Source of the DNA: Clostridia bacterium
Lineage (GTDB): Bacteria; Bacillota; Clostridia; TANB77; CAG-465
Assembly (NCBI GenBank): GCA_045536565.1
Contig: JAZSNU010000017.1
Location: 1-64,000 of the forward strand
Direction of reading: 5' to 3'
Length of the DNA stretch: 64,000 bases
In this document: piece after piece, positions 1 to 10,729 of the stretch
How positions within the stretch are numbered: position 1 is the first letter of the stretch
Layout: each line of letters begins with the position of its first letter
Notes under the pieces: generated by a model
What the model was told of the DNA's origin: nothing
What the model saw: the letters and a program-made list of their open reading frames with translations, nothing else
Databases searched by the model: none
Position numbers and translations under genes: made by a program

Positions 1-27
1 ATTTACTAAAAGAAGAAAGGAAAAATA

Positions 28-1050
28 ATGAAGACAAGTGATTTTAATTACGACTTACCAAAAGAATTAATAGCACAAGTGCCAATTGAAAAGAGAGACA
101 CATCTAGACTTTTGGTACTGAATAGAAATACAGGAAAAACAGAACATAAAGTGTTCCATAATATTATAGATTATCTAAATCCAGGTGATACACTAGTTTT
201 AAATAATACAAAAGTGATACCAGCAAGAATATTTGGACATAGAAAAGATAAAGAAGAATCCATAGAAACACTTTTGGTTAAAGATTATGGGAATGATACA
301 TGGGAAGTTTTAGCAAAGCCAGGAAAAAAATTAAAAATAGGAACAACTATTATATATTCAGATAGATTAAAAGCAGAAGTTATAGATATCTTAGAAGAAG
401 GGGAAAGAGTCATCAAATTTATATATGATGGTATATTTAATGAATTATTAGACGAAGTTGGTATTATGCCACTTCCACCATATATAACTGAGAAATTAGA
501 AGACAAAGATAGATATCAAACAGTATATGCTAAAACCAGAGGCTCTGCCGCAGCACCTACTGCTGGATTACATTTTACAGAGGATTTGCTAGAAAAAATA
601 AAAGAAAAAGGTGTAAATATAGTATATGTAATGTTACATGTTGGAATAGGAACATTTAGACCTGTTAAAGTTGAGAACGTATTAGAACATAAAATGCATA
701 GCGAGTATTATGAAGTATCAGAAGAAGCAGCAAGGGTTATTAATGAAACTAAAAAAAGAGGGAATAAAGTAATATGTGTTGGAACCACATCGTGTAGAAC
801 ATTAGAATCGGCAACAAATGAAGATGGCTTTGTCAGAGCAGAAAAAAGAGAAACCGATATATTTATATATCCGGGATATAAATTTAGAATAGTGGACAAC
901 CTTATAACAAATTTCCACTTGCCTGAATCAACATTAATAATGCTAGTATCAGCACTTGCTGGTAAAGAGAATATTATGAATGCATATAATCAGGCTGTAA
1001 AAGAAAAGTATAGATTTTTTAGCTTTGGTGATGCAATGTATATTATGTAG
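28..1050 (+). CDS. queA: S-adenosylmethionine:tRNA ribosyltransferase-isomerase
   Basis: N-terminal [48 protein letters not shown] and C-terminal [10 protein letters not shown] motifs; tgt nearby. Confidence 0.97.
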   Translation: MKTSDFNYDLPKELIAQVPIEKRDTSRLLVLNRNTGKTEHKVFHNIIDYLNPGDTLVLNNTKVIPARIFGHRKDKEESIETLLVKDYGNDTWEVLAKPGKKLKIGTTIIYSDRLKAEVIDILEEGERVIKFIYDGIFNELLDEVGIMPLPPYITEKLEDKDRYQTVYAKTRGSAAAPTAGLHFTEDLLEKIKEKGVNIVYVMLHVGIGTFRPVKVENVLEHKMHSEYYEVSEEAARVINETKKRGNKVICVGTTSCRTLESATNEDGFVRAEKRETDIFIYPGYKFRIVDNLITNFHLPESTLIMLVSALAGKENIMNAYNQAVKEKYRFFSFGDAMYIM

Positions 1051-1059
1051 GGGGTATGT

Positions 1060-2610
1060 ATGAAAAAATTTGAGGAGTATAGCATGGAAGAAATTCTAGA
1101 ACATTTAAAATTAAATGGTATGAATGAATCAGCTAGGAATTTAAAAGCAGAATATGATGCTGAAAAAACAGTTGATATAAAGGATATATATGAAAATAAT
1201 CCAATATCAGAGTATGAAGGTTTGTCTGCTAGATTGAAAAACAAAATAAAAGACATAATTGAATCTATGAAGGAAGAAAATGAAAAAGAACTAGAATCAG
1301 ATGATAGAGATGAAAAAGATAATCTTGACGAAAAGGACGGCAAAGAGCATTTAGATGAGGAAAAGGAAAAAGAAGTAAAAGAAAGAGACGATAATAAGGA
1401 AGAAAAAGATTCGGAAGTCAAGGAAAAAGCAGAGGAAAACGAAGAGGGTAAAAAAGAAGAAAAGGAAAATAAAGAGGAAGAAACTCCTAAAAAAGATGAG
1501 TATCTTGCTATGGTAAACAAACTTCATAAGATGAAGATAGTAGATTACAAAGACCAATTAAAAAAAGATGATATTGTGGTAGATAGATATTTTGTAATGA
1601 TGATGGCATTAGAAAGAAAAATAAACAAACAAAGAGCAGCATATATAAAAGAATATGGTGCAGAAGAATTAACATATATTGAAAATCAAAATAAAAAAGA
1701 AGAAATGAAATATGAAAAAACAATAAATAGAAATATGGAAGTTGCTTTAACTAAACTAAGACAGTTAGAACAAAAATTAGATGCTATAATAGATAGAATG
1801 GATGTACTTCAAAAAAGCCTAGAAAATGAATCTATTTCAATAGAAGAATATAATGATGAAATAAATGTACTAGAACAGGATAAAGTAGATACATTATGGC
1901 AAATAAATAAATTAAATCCAGAACTTTTAGCAGAGCAGCAAGAAAATATGAAGTTTAGAGAAAAATTAGAAAGAAAAGTAACGCCAAATAGCGTGTATAA
2001 AGAAATAAGAAAAGATATGACACCAGAAAATAAGGCAAAACAATCTGCTATGGATTATAATAGTAAAAAATATGAGGGAGTAGCAGAACAAGAACATAAG
2101 GGTATTAAGAAAAGATTAGAAATTCAAATCGATGAAAAAGAAAAAGCCTTAGACAAAATGAGAAAAGAAATACAAAATATTGATATAAAAACACCAGAAG
2201 GAAAGCAAAAAGCAGAGAAACAAATAATAGAATATCAAGCATTAGTTGCTTCAAAATTGGCTGATGAAAAGGAATATGATAATTTAGAGAAAAACATGAA
2301 GTATGGTATTCAAAATTATGGAGATATAAATGACTATGAAAAAGAAAGAGAAAAAAACACAACTGAATTCCAAGAGAACATGGAAGATGCAAATTTAAAA
2401 GATAAACCGACTGAAGAAGTTGCTAGTTGGATAAATGGTGTTGTAAGAGATCCTGAAACTCCTGAACAAGCACAAGAATTAATCGATGATATGAATGAAA
2501 TGGCAGAAGAAACAAAAGAAAAAATACAAAATAATAAACAAGAAATAGAAAGTGATAATGATGTAAAAGTGAGAACTATGAATAGAAAAAACAATAAACC
2601 TTGGGGGTAG
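1060..2610 (+). CDS. Hypothetical highly charged (E/K/D-rich) predicted coiled-coil protein
   Basis: 516-aa ORF with GGGGG-type RBS, 9 nt after queA and 12 nt before tgt; no hydrophobic segment and no recognisable catalytic motif. Confidence 0.8.
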   Translation: MKKFEEYSMEEILEHLKLNGMNESARNLKAEYDAEKTVDIKDIYENNPISEYEGLSARLKNKIKDIIESMKEENEKELESDDRDEKDNLDEKDGKEHLDEEKEKEVKERDDNKEEKDSEVKEKAEENEEGKKEEKENKEEETPKKDEYLAMVNKLHKMKIVDYKDQLKKDDIVVDRYFVMMMALERKINKQRAAYIKEYGAEELTYIENQNKKEEMKYEKTINRNMEVALTKLRQLEQKLDAIIDRMDVLQKSLENESISIEEYNDEINVLEQDKVDTLWQINKLNPELLAEQQENMKFREKLERKVTPNSVYKEIRKDMTPENKAKQSAMDYNSKKYEGVAEQEHKGIKKRLEIQIDEKEKALDKMRKEIQNIDIKTPEGKQKAEKQIIEYQALVASKLADEKEYDNLEKNMKYGIQNYGDINDYEKEREKNTTEFQENMEDANLKDKPTEEVASWINGVVRDPETPEQAQELIDDMNEMAEETKEKIQNNKQEIESDNDVKVRTMNRKNNKPWG

Positions 2611-3747
<1,137 letters not shown>

Positions 3748-3788
3748 TATTATATTGTGTTTCCTTTTGTCGAAATAGACATAAATAG

Positions 3789-3817
3789 TTGACAAAAAAC
3801 AATTGATGTGGTATAAA
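3789..3817 (+). promoter_or_regulatory. sigma-A-type promoter
   Basis: TTGACA-17 bp-TATAAA with TG extension, upstream of AAAGGAGG RBS. Confidence 0.65.
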
Positions 3818-3852
3818 TATAGTATAGCATAATCAAAAGGAGGAAAAACAAT

Positions 3853-5220
3853 ATGATGAAAAGATTTATAAGAATTGCTTTAGTTCTATTAGCAGTTATA
3901 ATAGTATTTCCATCAATCTCATTTGCAAATACTGAGTATATTGATTGGGAGAGCACAACAGCATTACCAACAACAACAGGAGCGTATAAACTAAAAAATG
4001 ATGTTACTATTACAAAGGCAAAAATTAGTACAGGTAATAATGTAACTCTAGATTTAAATGGCTATAAAGTTACATTTGATGGTACTTCTAGCGCTGATAG
4101 TTATCTTGTACAATATGGAGCAACATTAACTATTGAAGATTCATCAGCTGATGGCTCTGGTTTGATGATTAATACTGGTAATAGCTATATGATTCATACA
4201 TATGGTGATTGTATAATTAATGGTGGAACAATAGAAAGTACTACTACAAGTGGAAGAGCTATATTTGTTCAAGGTTCATCTGGTAAAATAGCTACTTGCA
4301 CATTAAATGATGGAATAATAAGAAATTCATTACATAATGGTGGAAGAGCAGTTGTAGTTGGGGCAAATGCAATTTTTACTATGAATAATGGTAAAGTTGA
4401 AAACAAAGGAGAAGGAACTTATGGTACAGTTAAAGCCATTGAAGGTGGAAATATTATAATCAATGGAGGAACAGTTGAAGCCGCAGGAACTGCTATTTAT
4501 TCAAATGTTGAAACTATAATTACAGGAGGAACAATTAAAGCTGGTTGGTTTGCTTTTGAAACAAGAGATGCTATTATAGAACCTGCCGACGGTAAAATTG
4601 TAAATGTTATTGTAGGAAAAAATGCAATAACCACTACTACTGCCGGAGATAAAGCATCAATATTTTTAACAAATAGTATGTTATCATCAAGCAAACATGG
4701 AAATAAAGTTCTAGGCGGTAATTTTGATGCACCTAGGCTAGTTGCAACAAGTAGCTTAGATGATAATAATCTTGAATTACAAGGTGGTGTGTATACACCA
4801 GAGGTGACAGGTGTATCTGAATACTTAGCAACAGATTTAACAGTTAAAGAAATAGATGGAGTAAATTATGTAGGTAAAGAATCAAAAGTAACAGTAAAGG
4901 CTGGGTTAAACGGTAAAGCTGTGGCTTCAGAAGAAAAAGTATTTGAAGGACAAATTGTAAAAATAACAATAACTCCTGACGAAAACTACGAAATAGCCAC
5001 ATTAAAAGTAACAGATGCAGCAGGTACTGAAGTAGCAGTAAAAGATAATACATTTACAATGCCTACTTCTGATGTAACAGTAGAAGTTACATTCAAAGAA
5101 ATGAAAAAAGATAGCACACCAGCAACTGGTTCTATGAATATATTATTTGTAGTATCTGGTATAGTAGCAATAGTTGCAGCAGGTATGTTAGTATCTAAAA
5201 AATATGCAAAAAATAACTAA
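3853..5220 (+). CDS. Sortase-anchored surface protein with Gly/Asn/Thr-rich beta-helix-like region and C-terminal InlB-B-repeat-like domain
   Basis: Signal peptide ending SFA; GG-T-I repeats; ITPDENY...FTMPTSDVTVEVTF module; sorting signal TPATG + hydrophobic helix + KK tail. Confidence 0.8.
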   Translation: MMKRFIRIALVLLAVIIVFPSISFANTEYIDWESTTALPTTTGAYKLKNDVTITKAKISTGNNVTLDLNGYKVTFDGTSSADSYLVQYGATLTIEDSSADGSGLMINTGNSYMIHTYGDCIINGGTIESTTTSGRAIFVQGSSGKIATCTLNDGIIRNSLHNGGRAVVVGANAIFTMNNGKVENKGEGTYGTVKAIEGGNIIINGGTVEAAGTAIYSNVETIITGGTIKAGWFAFETRDAIIEPADGKIVNVIVGKNAITTTTAGDKASIFLTNSMLSSSKHGNKVLGGNFDAPRLVATSSLDDNNLELQGGVYTPEVTGVSEYLATDLTVKEIDGVNYVGKESKVTVKAGLNGKAVASEEKVFEGQIVKITITPDENYEIATLKVTDAAGTEVAVKDNTFTMPTSDVTVEVTFKEMKKDSTPATGSMNILFVVSGIVAIVAAGMLVSKKYAKNN

Positions 5221-5238
5221 TTTATATTTTTAAATTAT

Positions 5239-5274
5239 ATATTGGAGCAGAATACTTAGGTTCTGCTCTAATAT
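5239..5274 (+). terminator. Stem-loop between surface protein and sortase (no U-tract, read-through plausible)
   Basis: ATATTGGAGCAGAA / TTCTGCTCTAATAT inverted repeat, 8-nt loop. Confidence 0.5.
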
Positions 5275-5291
5275 GCTATGGAGGAGTATTT

Positions 5292-6083
5292 ATGTCCAAG
5301 CTGATGGAAAAAAAGATAAATCAAAAAAGATATATAATATTATTATGTATATTAATTGTTTCATTGTCTATGGTCGTATATTATGTAGTTATGGGTATAA
5401 AAGATAATAAAACAAATAGTGATATAAGAAATGAGTTAAACAATATTTATCAAGAAGTACAAAATGATAATGAAGAAGAAAAAATAGAAATTACAAAAAT
5501 AGATAAATTAAATGAGCTAAGGTTAGAAAATCCTGAAATTGTTGCTTTAATTGAAATAGAAGGAACAAATATAAATTATCCAGTTATGCAAACAAATAAT
5601 AATGATTTTTATATGACACATAACTATAAAAAAGAATATTCAAAAGATGGGGCACTATTTATAGATAAGGCATATGACTGGTCTAAACCAAGCACTAACC
5701 TTCTAATATATGGTCACAATAATATTGGAAGTTCAGAAATGTTTGTAGAACTATTAAAGTATAAAAAAGAGGATTTCTATAAAAACCATAAAATAATTAA
5801 ATTTACAACAACTTCTGAGGAAGCAGAATATGAGATAATTGCTGTATTTAAATCAAGAGTATATTATTCTCATGAACAAAATGTATTTAGATACTATTAT
5901 TTTATAGATGCAAAAAATGAAAGTGAATTTAATAGTTATGTATCAAATGCTAAAAAAGCAAGTATATATAATATAGATGCTACTGCAAAATATGGGGATA
6001 GTTTACTTACTCTCTCTACATGTGAATATTCACAAAAAGATGGTAGATTTGCGGTTGTTGCAAGAAAAATAGTTAATGAGTAG
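5292..6083 (+). CDS. srtB: Class B sortase
   Basis: N-terminal membrane anchor, INYPVMQ, IYGHN, catalytic TLSTC and downstream Arg (GRFAVVAR). Confidence 0.92.
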   Translation: MSKLMEKKINQKRYIILLCILIVSLSMVVYYVVMGIKDNKTNSDIRNELNNIYQEVQNDNEEEKIEITKIDKLNELRLENPEIVALIEIEGTNINYPVMQTNNNDFYMTHNYKKEYSKDGALFIDKAYDWSKPSTNLLIYGHNNIGSSEMFVELLKYKKEDFYKNHKIIKFTTTSEEAEYEIIAVFKSRVYYSHEQNVFRYYYFIDAKNESEFNSYVSNAKKASIYNIDATAKYGDSLLTLSTCEYSQKDGRFAVVARKIVNE

Positions 6084-6124
6084 AATGTATTAAATATCTT
6101 AAATAAATCATATAATTTTTTGAG

Positions 6125-6913
6125 GTGATTTATTTGGGATATTTTTTTGTACTTGGAACAGATAAAAGAAGTATATATATTAAAGAAATGTTAAAAAAAG
6201 AAGGGAAAGTAGTGGAAGATATAAATTTAGCATCTTTTGCCATATTGCCAACTCCTCTTTCAAAAGATGGAATAAATATAACAGGAACAGAGATAACATG
6301 CACGGAATGTATTAAGATGTGCATGGGAAAAACTGTTTTTGCAGGGGCAATACCCATCAAATTTAAAGAAAAAATGGATAAGAATAGTATAAAATACTAT
6401 GATTTAATGGAATATGATGATGTGGCTATATTAAATGCTATTCCAACCGCAGAAGGAACTATAAAAATAGCAATAGAAAAAACAGAAACTACTTTGTCAG
6501 GTAGCCATTGTTTAGTGCTTGGATATGGTAGAATAGGGAAAGTGCTTTGCAAAATGTTACATGGAATGGGTGCAACACTATATTGTGAAGCAAGAAAGAC
6601 ATCAGACCTTGCACAAATTAGAGCAATGGGGTATAATGATATAGATTTAAAAAATCTTGATAAGCATTTATCATCTTTTGACTATATTTTTAATACTATT
6701 CCAACAATTATTTTAGATAAGAATAGATTAGAAAAAGTAAAAAAAGATGTTTGTATAATAGATTTAGCATCTAGTCCTGGTGGCGTAGATTTTGCAGCAG
6801 CAAAAGAGTTAGGGATACAGGCAAGTTTAGAACTTGCATTACCTACAAAAGTAGCGCCTATGTCTAGTGCTAAATATTTAAAACAAAAGATAGATGAGAT
6901 AGTTCAAGATTAA
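6125..6913 (+). CDS. dpsA: Dipicolinate synthase subunit A
   Basis: NAIPTAEG, GYGRIG Rossmann motif, IFNTIP, IDLASSPGGVDF, ALPTKVAP. Confidence 0.85.
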   Translation: MIYLGYFFVLGTDKRSIYIKEMLKKEGKVVEDINLASFAILPTPLSKDGINITGTEITCTECIKMCMGKTVFAGAIPIKFKEKMDKNSIKYYDLMEYDDVAILNAIPTAEGTIKIAIEKTETTLSGSHCLVLGYGRIGKVLCKMLHGMGATLYCEARKTSDLAQIRAMGYNDIDLKNLDKHLSSFDYIFNTIPTIILDKNRLEKVKKDVCIIDLASSPGGVDFAAAKELGIQASLELALPTKVAPMSSAKYLKQKIDEIVQD

Positions 6914-6930
6914 TATTAGGGGGATAACAT

Positions 6931-7755
6931 ATGACAATTTTTCAAACAATAATACTTGGTATAGTACAGGGGATAACTGAATTTTTTCCAATATCTAGTT
7001 CAGGACACTTAATAGCAATAAGGTATTTATTTGATTTTGGGCTAGAAAGTGGTAAGGCAGAAATGGTATTCGATATTGCCCTTCATTTTGGTACTTTTTT
7101 AGCCATACTTATATTCTTCTTTAAGGATTTTTGGAAAATGCTTATGGAAGGTTTTAGATTTAAAGGAAAAGACGGAAAATATAGCTTTAAAAATTTAAAA
7201 CAAGAAGGAAAGATAATGTGGTATATAGTAGCTGCTTGTATACCAGCAGGTATAATGGGAATACTATTTGAGGATGTTATAGAAAAATATATTAGAACAC
7301 CACTTGTTGTAGCGATAGCTATGGGTGTAATGGGAATAATAATGTATGTGGTTGATAAATATTCTAAAACAGAATCAGATATGAGTGAGCTTACATTAAA
7401 ACAAGCAATGGGAGTAGGGTTTGGTCAAATGATGGCAATGATACCTGGTTTTTCTAGATCTGGTACAACAATGACTGCTGCAAGAGCAATGAAAATAGAT
7501 AGAAAATCAGCAGCTAAATTTTCATTTTTACTTGGTGCACCTGTAATGTTTGGCGCTGCACTTCTTGCTATAAAAGATTTAACACTTGATATGATAAATA
7601 TTCAATTTGTACTTGGTGTTTTAGTATCATTCGTAGTTGGTATGATATCTATAAAGGCACTAATGAAGATAGTAGAGAAGATTGGATTTGGTGTGTTTGC
7701 TGCATATAGAGTAGTTTTAGCACTAATAATTATTGTTACTATAATTGTTAGATAA
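6931..7755 (+). CDS. uppP: Undecaprenyl-diphosphate phosphatase
   Basis: GIVQGITEFFPISSSGH and PGFSRSGTT motifs; polytopic membrane protein. Confidence 0.95.
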   Translation: MTIFQTIILGIVQGITEFFPISSSGHLIAIRYLFDFGLESGKAEMVFDIALHFGTFLAILIFFFKDFWKMLMEGFRFKGKDGKYSFKNLKQEGKIMWYIVAACIPAGIMGILFEDVIEKYIRTPLVVAIAMGVMGIIMYVVDKYSKTESDMSELTLKQAMGVGFGQMMAMIPGFSRSGTTMTAARAMKIDRKSAAKFSFLLGAPVMFGAALLAIKDLTLDMINIQFVLGVLVSFVVGMISIKALMKIVEKIGFGVFAAYRVVLALIIIVTIIVR

Positions 7756-7763
7756 ATTTGTAG

Positions 7764-8615
7764 GTGATAAACATGGGAGAAATAATAAACATAAAAGAAA
7801 TAATAGAAAGAAAAAAACTAGATTTAAAAGAAAAAATAGAGAGTTTAAAAAAAGAAGAAATATATCCTAAACTAGTAGTAATACATGCAAATAAAGATGC
7901 AGCCTCTGAGGTGTATATTTCTAAAAAAAGAAAAATGTGCGAAGAATTAGGTATCTTGGAGGAAGAATATTACTTTGAAGAAGATGTAAAACAAGAAGAA
8001 ATACTAGAACTTTTAAATAAATTAAATAACGACAATAGTGTTCATGGAATACTTGTTCAACTTCCAATATATAACCATTTAGATACAACTGAAATTTTAG
8101 AGGCTATATCACCTAAAAAAGATGTAGATGGATTTCATCCTGTAAATATTGGTAAAGTTATGCAAGGAGTAGGAGGCATAGCACCATGTACTCCGAAGGG
8201 AGTAATGACAATACTAGATGAGTTAAATATAGAGATTGAAGGCAAAAATGCAACTGTTATAGGAAGAAGTATAATTGTTGGAAGACCTATGGCATCACTT
8301 CTTTTAAATAGAGGTGCAACTGTTACAACTTGTCATTCAAAAACACAAGATTTAAAAGAGCATACAAAAAATGCAGATATATTAATTGTTGCAGTAGGCA
8401 AACCACATCTAGTAACAGAAGATATGGTAAAAGATGATGCAATAGTTATAGATGTTGGGATTAATAGAGTAGATGGTAAATTAATTGGAGATGTTGATAC
8501 TGAAAATGTATCAAAGAAAGCAAGATATATAACGCCAGTACCAGGTGGTGTAGGTCTTACAACTGTGTATACTCTAATGGAAAATGTAATAGAGCTAGCA
8601 GAAAAAAGTAAATAG
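7764..8615 (+). CDS. folD: Methylenetetrahydrofolate dehydrogenase/cyclohydrolase
   Basis: GILVQLP, KDVDGFHP, PCTPKG, GRSIIVGRP, DVGIN, TPVPGGVG. Confidence 0.96.
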   Translation: MINMGEIINIKEIIERKKLDLKEKIESLKKEEIYPKLVVIHANKDAASEVYISKKRKMCEELGILEEEYYFEEDVKQEEILELLNKLNNDNSVHGILVQLPIYNHLDTTEILEAISPKKDVDGFHPVNIGKVMQGVGGIAPCTPKGVMTILDELNIEIEGKNATVIGRSIIVGRPMASLLLNRGATVTTCHSKTQDLKEHTKNADILIVAVGKPHLVTEDMVKDDAIVIDVGINRVDGKLIGDVDTENVSKKARYITPVPGGVGLTTVYTLMENVIELAEKSK

Positions 8616-8632
8616 TATGATAAGTAAAAAGT

Positions 8633-8665
8633 GGGAATACAGATATATAACTGTATTCTTTTTTT
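8633..8665 (+). terminator. Rho-independent terminator after folD
   Basis: GGGAATACAG-N8-CTGTATTCTT followed by T-run. Confidence 0.8.
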
Positions 8666-8700
8666 ATTGATTATATATATAATTAAAAATAAGTTTAATA

Positions 8701-8767
8701 TTGACAAATGAAATGTTTAGATATAAAATAATAGTCAGAAAAGGTCAAAAAGTCAAAAAAGGACAAA
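8701..8767 (+). promoter_or_regulatory. sigma-A promoter with CtsR operator heptads
   Basis: TTGACA(8701)-17-TAAAAT(8724); heptads AGTCAGA 8733, GGTCAAA 8743, AGTCAAA 8751 and GGACAAA 8761 match the CtsR RGTCAAA-NAN-RGTCAAA box. Confidence 0.85.
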
Positions 8768-8768
8768 G

Positions 8769-9230
8769 GTGATAAAATTGAATTTGGTAGATATGATAGA
8801 AAGATATATAAAAGAAGAAGTTGAGAAGTGTGATAATGCAATGCTTGAAGTAAGAAGAAGTGATTTGGCAGAACTTTTTTCTTGCGTTCCATCACAAATC
8901 AATTATGTTATATCAACAAGGTTTGCACCAGAAATGGGGTTTTATGTTGAAACGAGAAGAGGTGGCGGAGGATACATTAGAATAAAAAAAGTAGCATCAT
9001 ACGAAGATGATATAGTAAGTGATATTTTTGACAAGATAGGTAATAAAATGTCGCAAGCGGTCGTAAATATATATTTAAATTCGCTTTTGGATTACAATAT
9101 AATTGATAAAAATACAGCCTTAATTATAAAGGTGGCAACATCAGATAAAGCATTATCAAATTTAAATTGTGAAGATAGAGATATTACAAGAGCAAACATC
9201 TTTAAGAATGTTATTCTAAATGTTATATAA
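8769..9230 (+). CDS. ctsR: Class III heat-shock repressor CtsR
   Basis: LAELFSCVPSQINYVISTRF and RRGGGGYIRI; first gene of the clpC operon. Confidence 0.95.
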   Translation: MIKLNLVDMIERYIKEEVEKCDNAMLEVRRSDLAELFSCVPSQINYVISTRFAPEMGFYVETRRGGGGYIRIKKVASYEDDIVSDIFDKIGNKMSQAVVNIYLNSLLDYNIIDKNTALIIKVATSDKALSNLNCEDRDITRANIFKNVILNVI

Positions 9231-9235
9231 AGGAA

Positions 9236-9736
9236 GTGATATATATGTTATGTGATAGATGTGGTAAAAAAGAAGCAACTGTAAGATATGAAGAAAATAT
9301 AAATGGAGAAAAAAAGAAGATTAATTTGTGTAATGAGTGTAGTAAGAAGTTAGGTATTCTTAATATGAATTTTATGGACAATATGTTTATGTCATTTTTT
9401 GATGAGCCTTTAAGTATAGGAGTAGAAAAAGTAAAAGAAGATAAATGTAACAAATGTGGGTATACATTTTCTGATTATGCAAATACTGGACTTCTTGGAT
9501 GTGCTGACTGTTATAACACATTTAAGGATAAATTAGAACCAGTATTACAAAAATTACATGGCAAGACATATCATGTAGATATAAAAGAAAAGAAGAGCAA
9601 AAGTCAAAATAACTCAGATAGTAAAATAGATGAGCTAAAGAAAAAACTAAATGAATGTATAGAAAAAGAAGAATATGAAAAAGCAGCAGTAATTCGTGAT
9701 GAAATAAAAAAACTAGAACAAAGAGGTGATAAATAA
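9236..9736 (+). CDS. mcsA: McsA activator (Zn fingers + UVR domain)
   Basis: Four CxxC motifs and C-terminal EEYEKAAVIRDEIK. Confidence 0.93.
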   Translation: MIYMLCDRCGKKEATVRYEENINGEKKKINLCNECSKKLGILNMNFMDNMFMSFFDEPLSIGVEKVKEDKCNKCGYTFSDYANTGLLGCADCYNTFKDKLEPVLQKLHGKTYHVDIKEKKSKSQNNSDSKIDELKKKLNECIEKEEYEKAAVIRDEIKKLEQRGDK

Positions 9737-10728
9737 TGTGGTACTATAAAGTAGATAAAGATGGTATTGCAATATCATCAAGAGTAAGATTTGCTAGAAA
9801 TCTAAGAGAATATAACTTTCCACATATTATGGCAAAACAAGATGCAGATAAATTGATTGATTCTATGCAAAATGTGTTAGAAGGTAATGTAAGTCTATTA
9901 AAACTTAAAGATATGGACGAAATTACTTTAAATAGTTTAGTAGAAAGACATTTAGTATCGAAAGAATTTATTAATAATATAACTAACAAGGCAGTATTAT
10001 TAAATGAAGATTGTACATTAAGTGTAATGATAAACGAAGAGGATCATTTAAGAATACAATCATTTAGCTCAGGTAATGATATTAAAACTGCATATGAAAA
10101 AGCAAAAAGTGCTGAGAAAAAGATAGGTAAAAAATTAGGATATGCAATGCATGATAAATTTGGATATCTTACAGCATGTCCTACAAATACAGGCTCGGGT
10201 ATGAGAGTGTCAGTAATGCTTCATCTTCCAGCACTCGCAAAGCTAGGATATATGTCAAAGTTATTATCTGATGCAGCAACTTTTGGTATCGCTATAAGGG
10301 GGCTATATGGTGAAAATACAGCTGCTAGAGGAAACATATATCAAATTTCAAATCAAAGAACTATGGGTATTACAGATGATGAAATCATATCAAATGTAGA
10401 TAAAATAGTAAAAAATATTATAAAACAAGAGAAAAAAGCAAGAAATATAATAGCTGAGAATAAAATATATTTTGAAGATAAAGTAATGAGAGCATTAGGA
10501 ACGCTAAGATATGCAAGAAGGATAGATACAAAAGAGGCAGAGAAATGCATATCGCTAGTTAGAATGGGTATTTCAGAAGGATATATAAAAGACATAGATA
10601 TAAATACTATTCAAAAAATTAGTGTAAATATATATCCTAATATGCTTAAACTTGAATATAAAGAAAACCTGGATGAAAATTCAAGAGATATTAAAAGAGC
10701 AGAATATATAAGGAGGGAATTAAAATAA
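9736..10728 (+). CDS. mcsB: Protein arginine kinase
   Basis: ISSRVRFARN, NEEDHLRIQ, GYLTACPTNTG, QISNQ. Confidence 0.94.
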   Translation: MWYYKVDKDGIAISSRVRFARNLREYNFPHIMAKQDADKLIDSMQNVLEGNVSLLKLKDMDEITLNSLVERHLVSKEFINNITNKAVLLNEDCTLSVMINEEDHLRIQSFSSGNDIKTAYEKAKSAEKKIGKKLGYAMHDKFGYLTACPTNTGSGMRVSVMLHLPALAKLGYMSKLLSDAATFGIAIRGLYGENTAARGNIYQISNQRTMGITDDEIISNVDKIVKNIIKQEKKARNIIAENKIYFEDKVMRALGTLRYARRIDTKEAEKCISLVRMGISEGYIKDIDINTIQKISVNIYPNMLKLEYKENLDENSRDIKRAEYIRRELK

Positions 10729-10729
10729 T

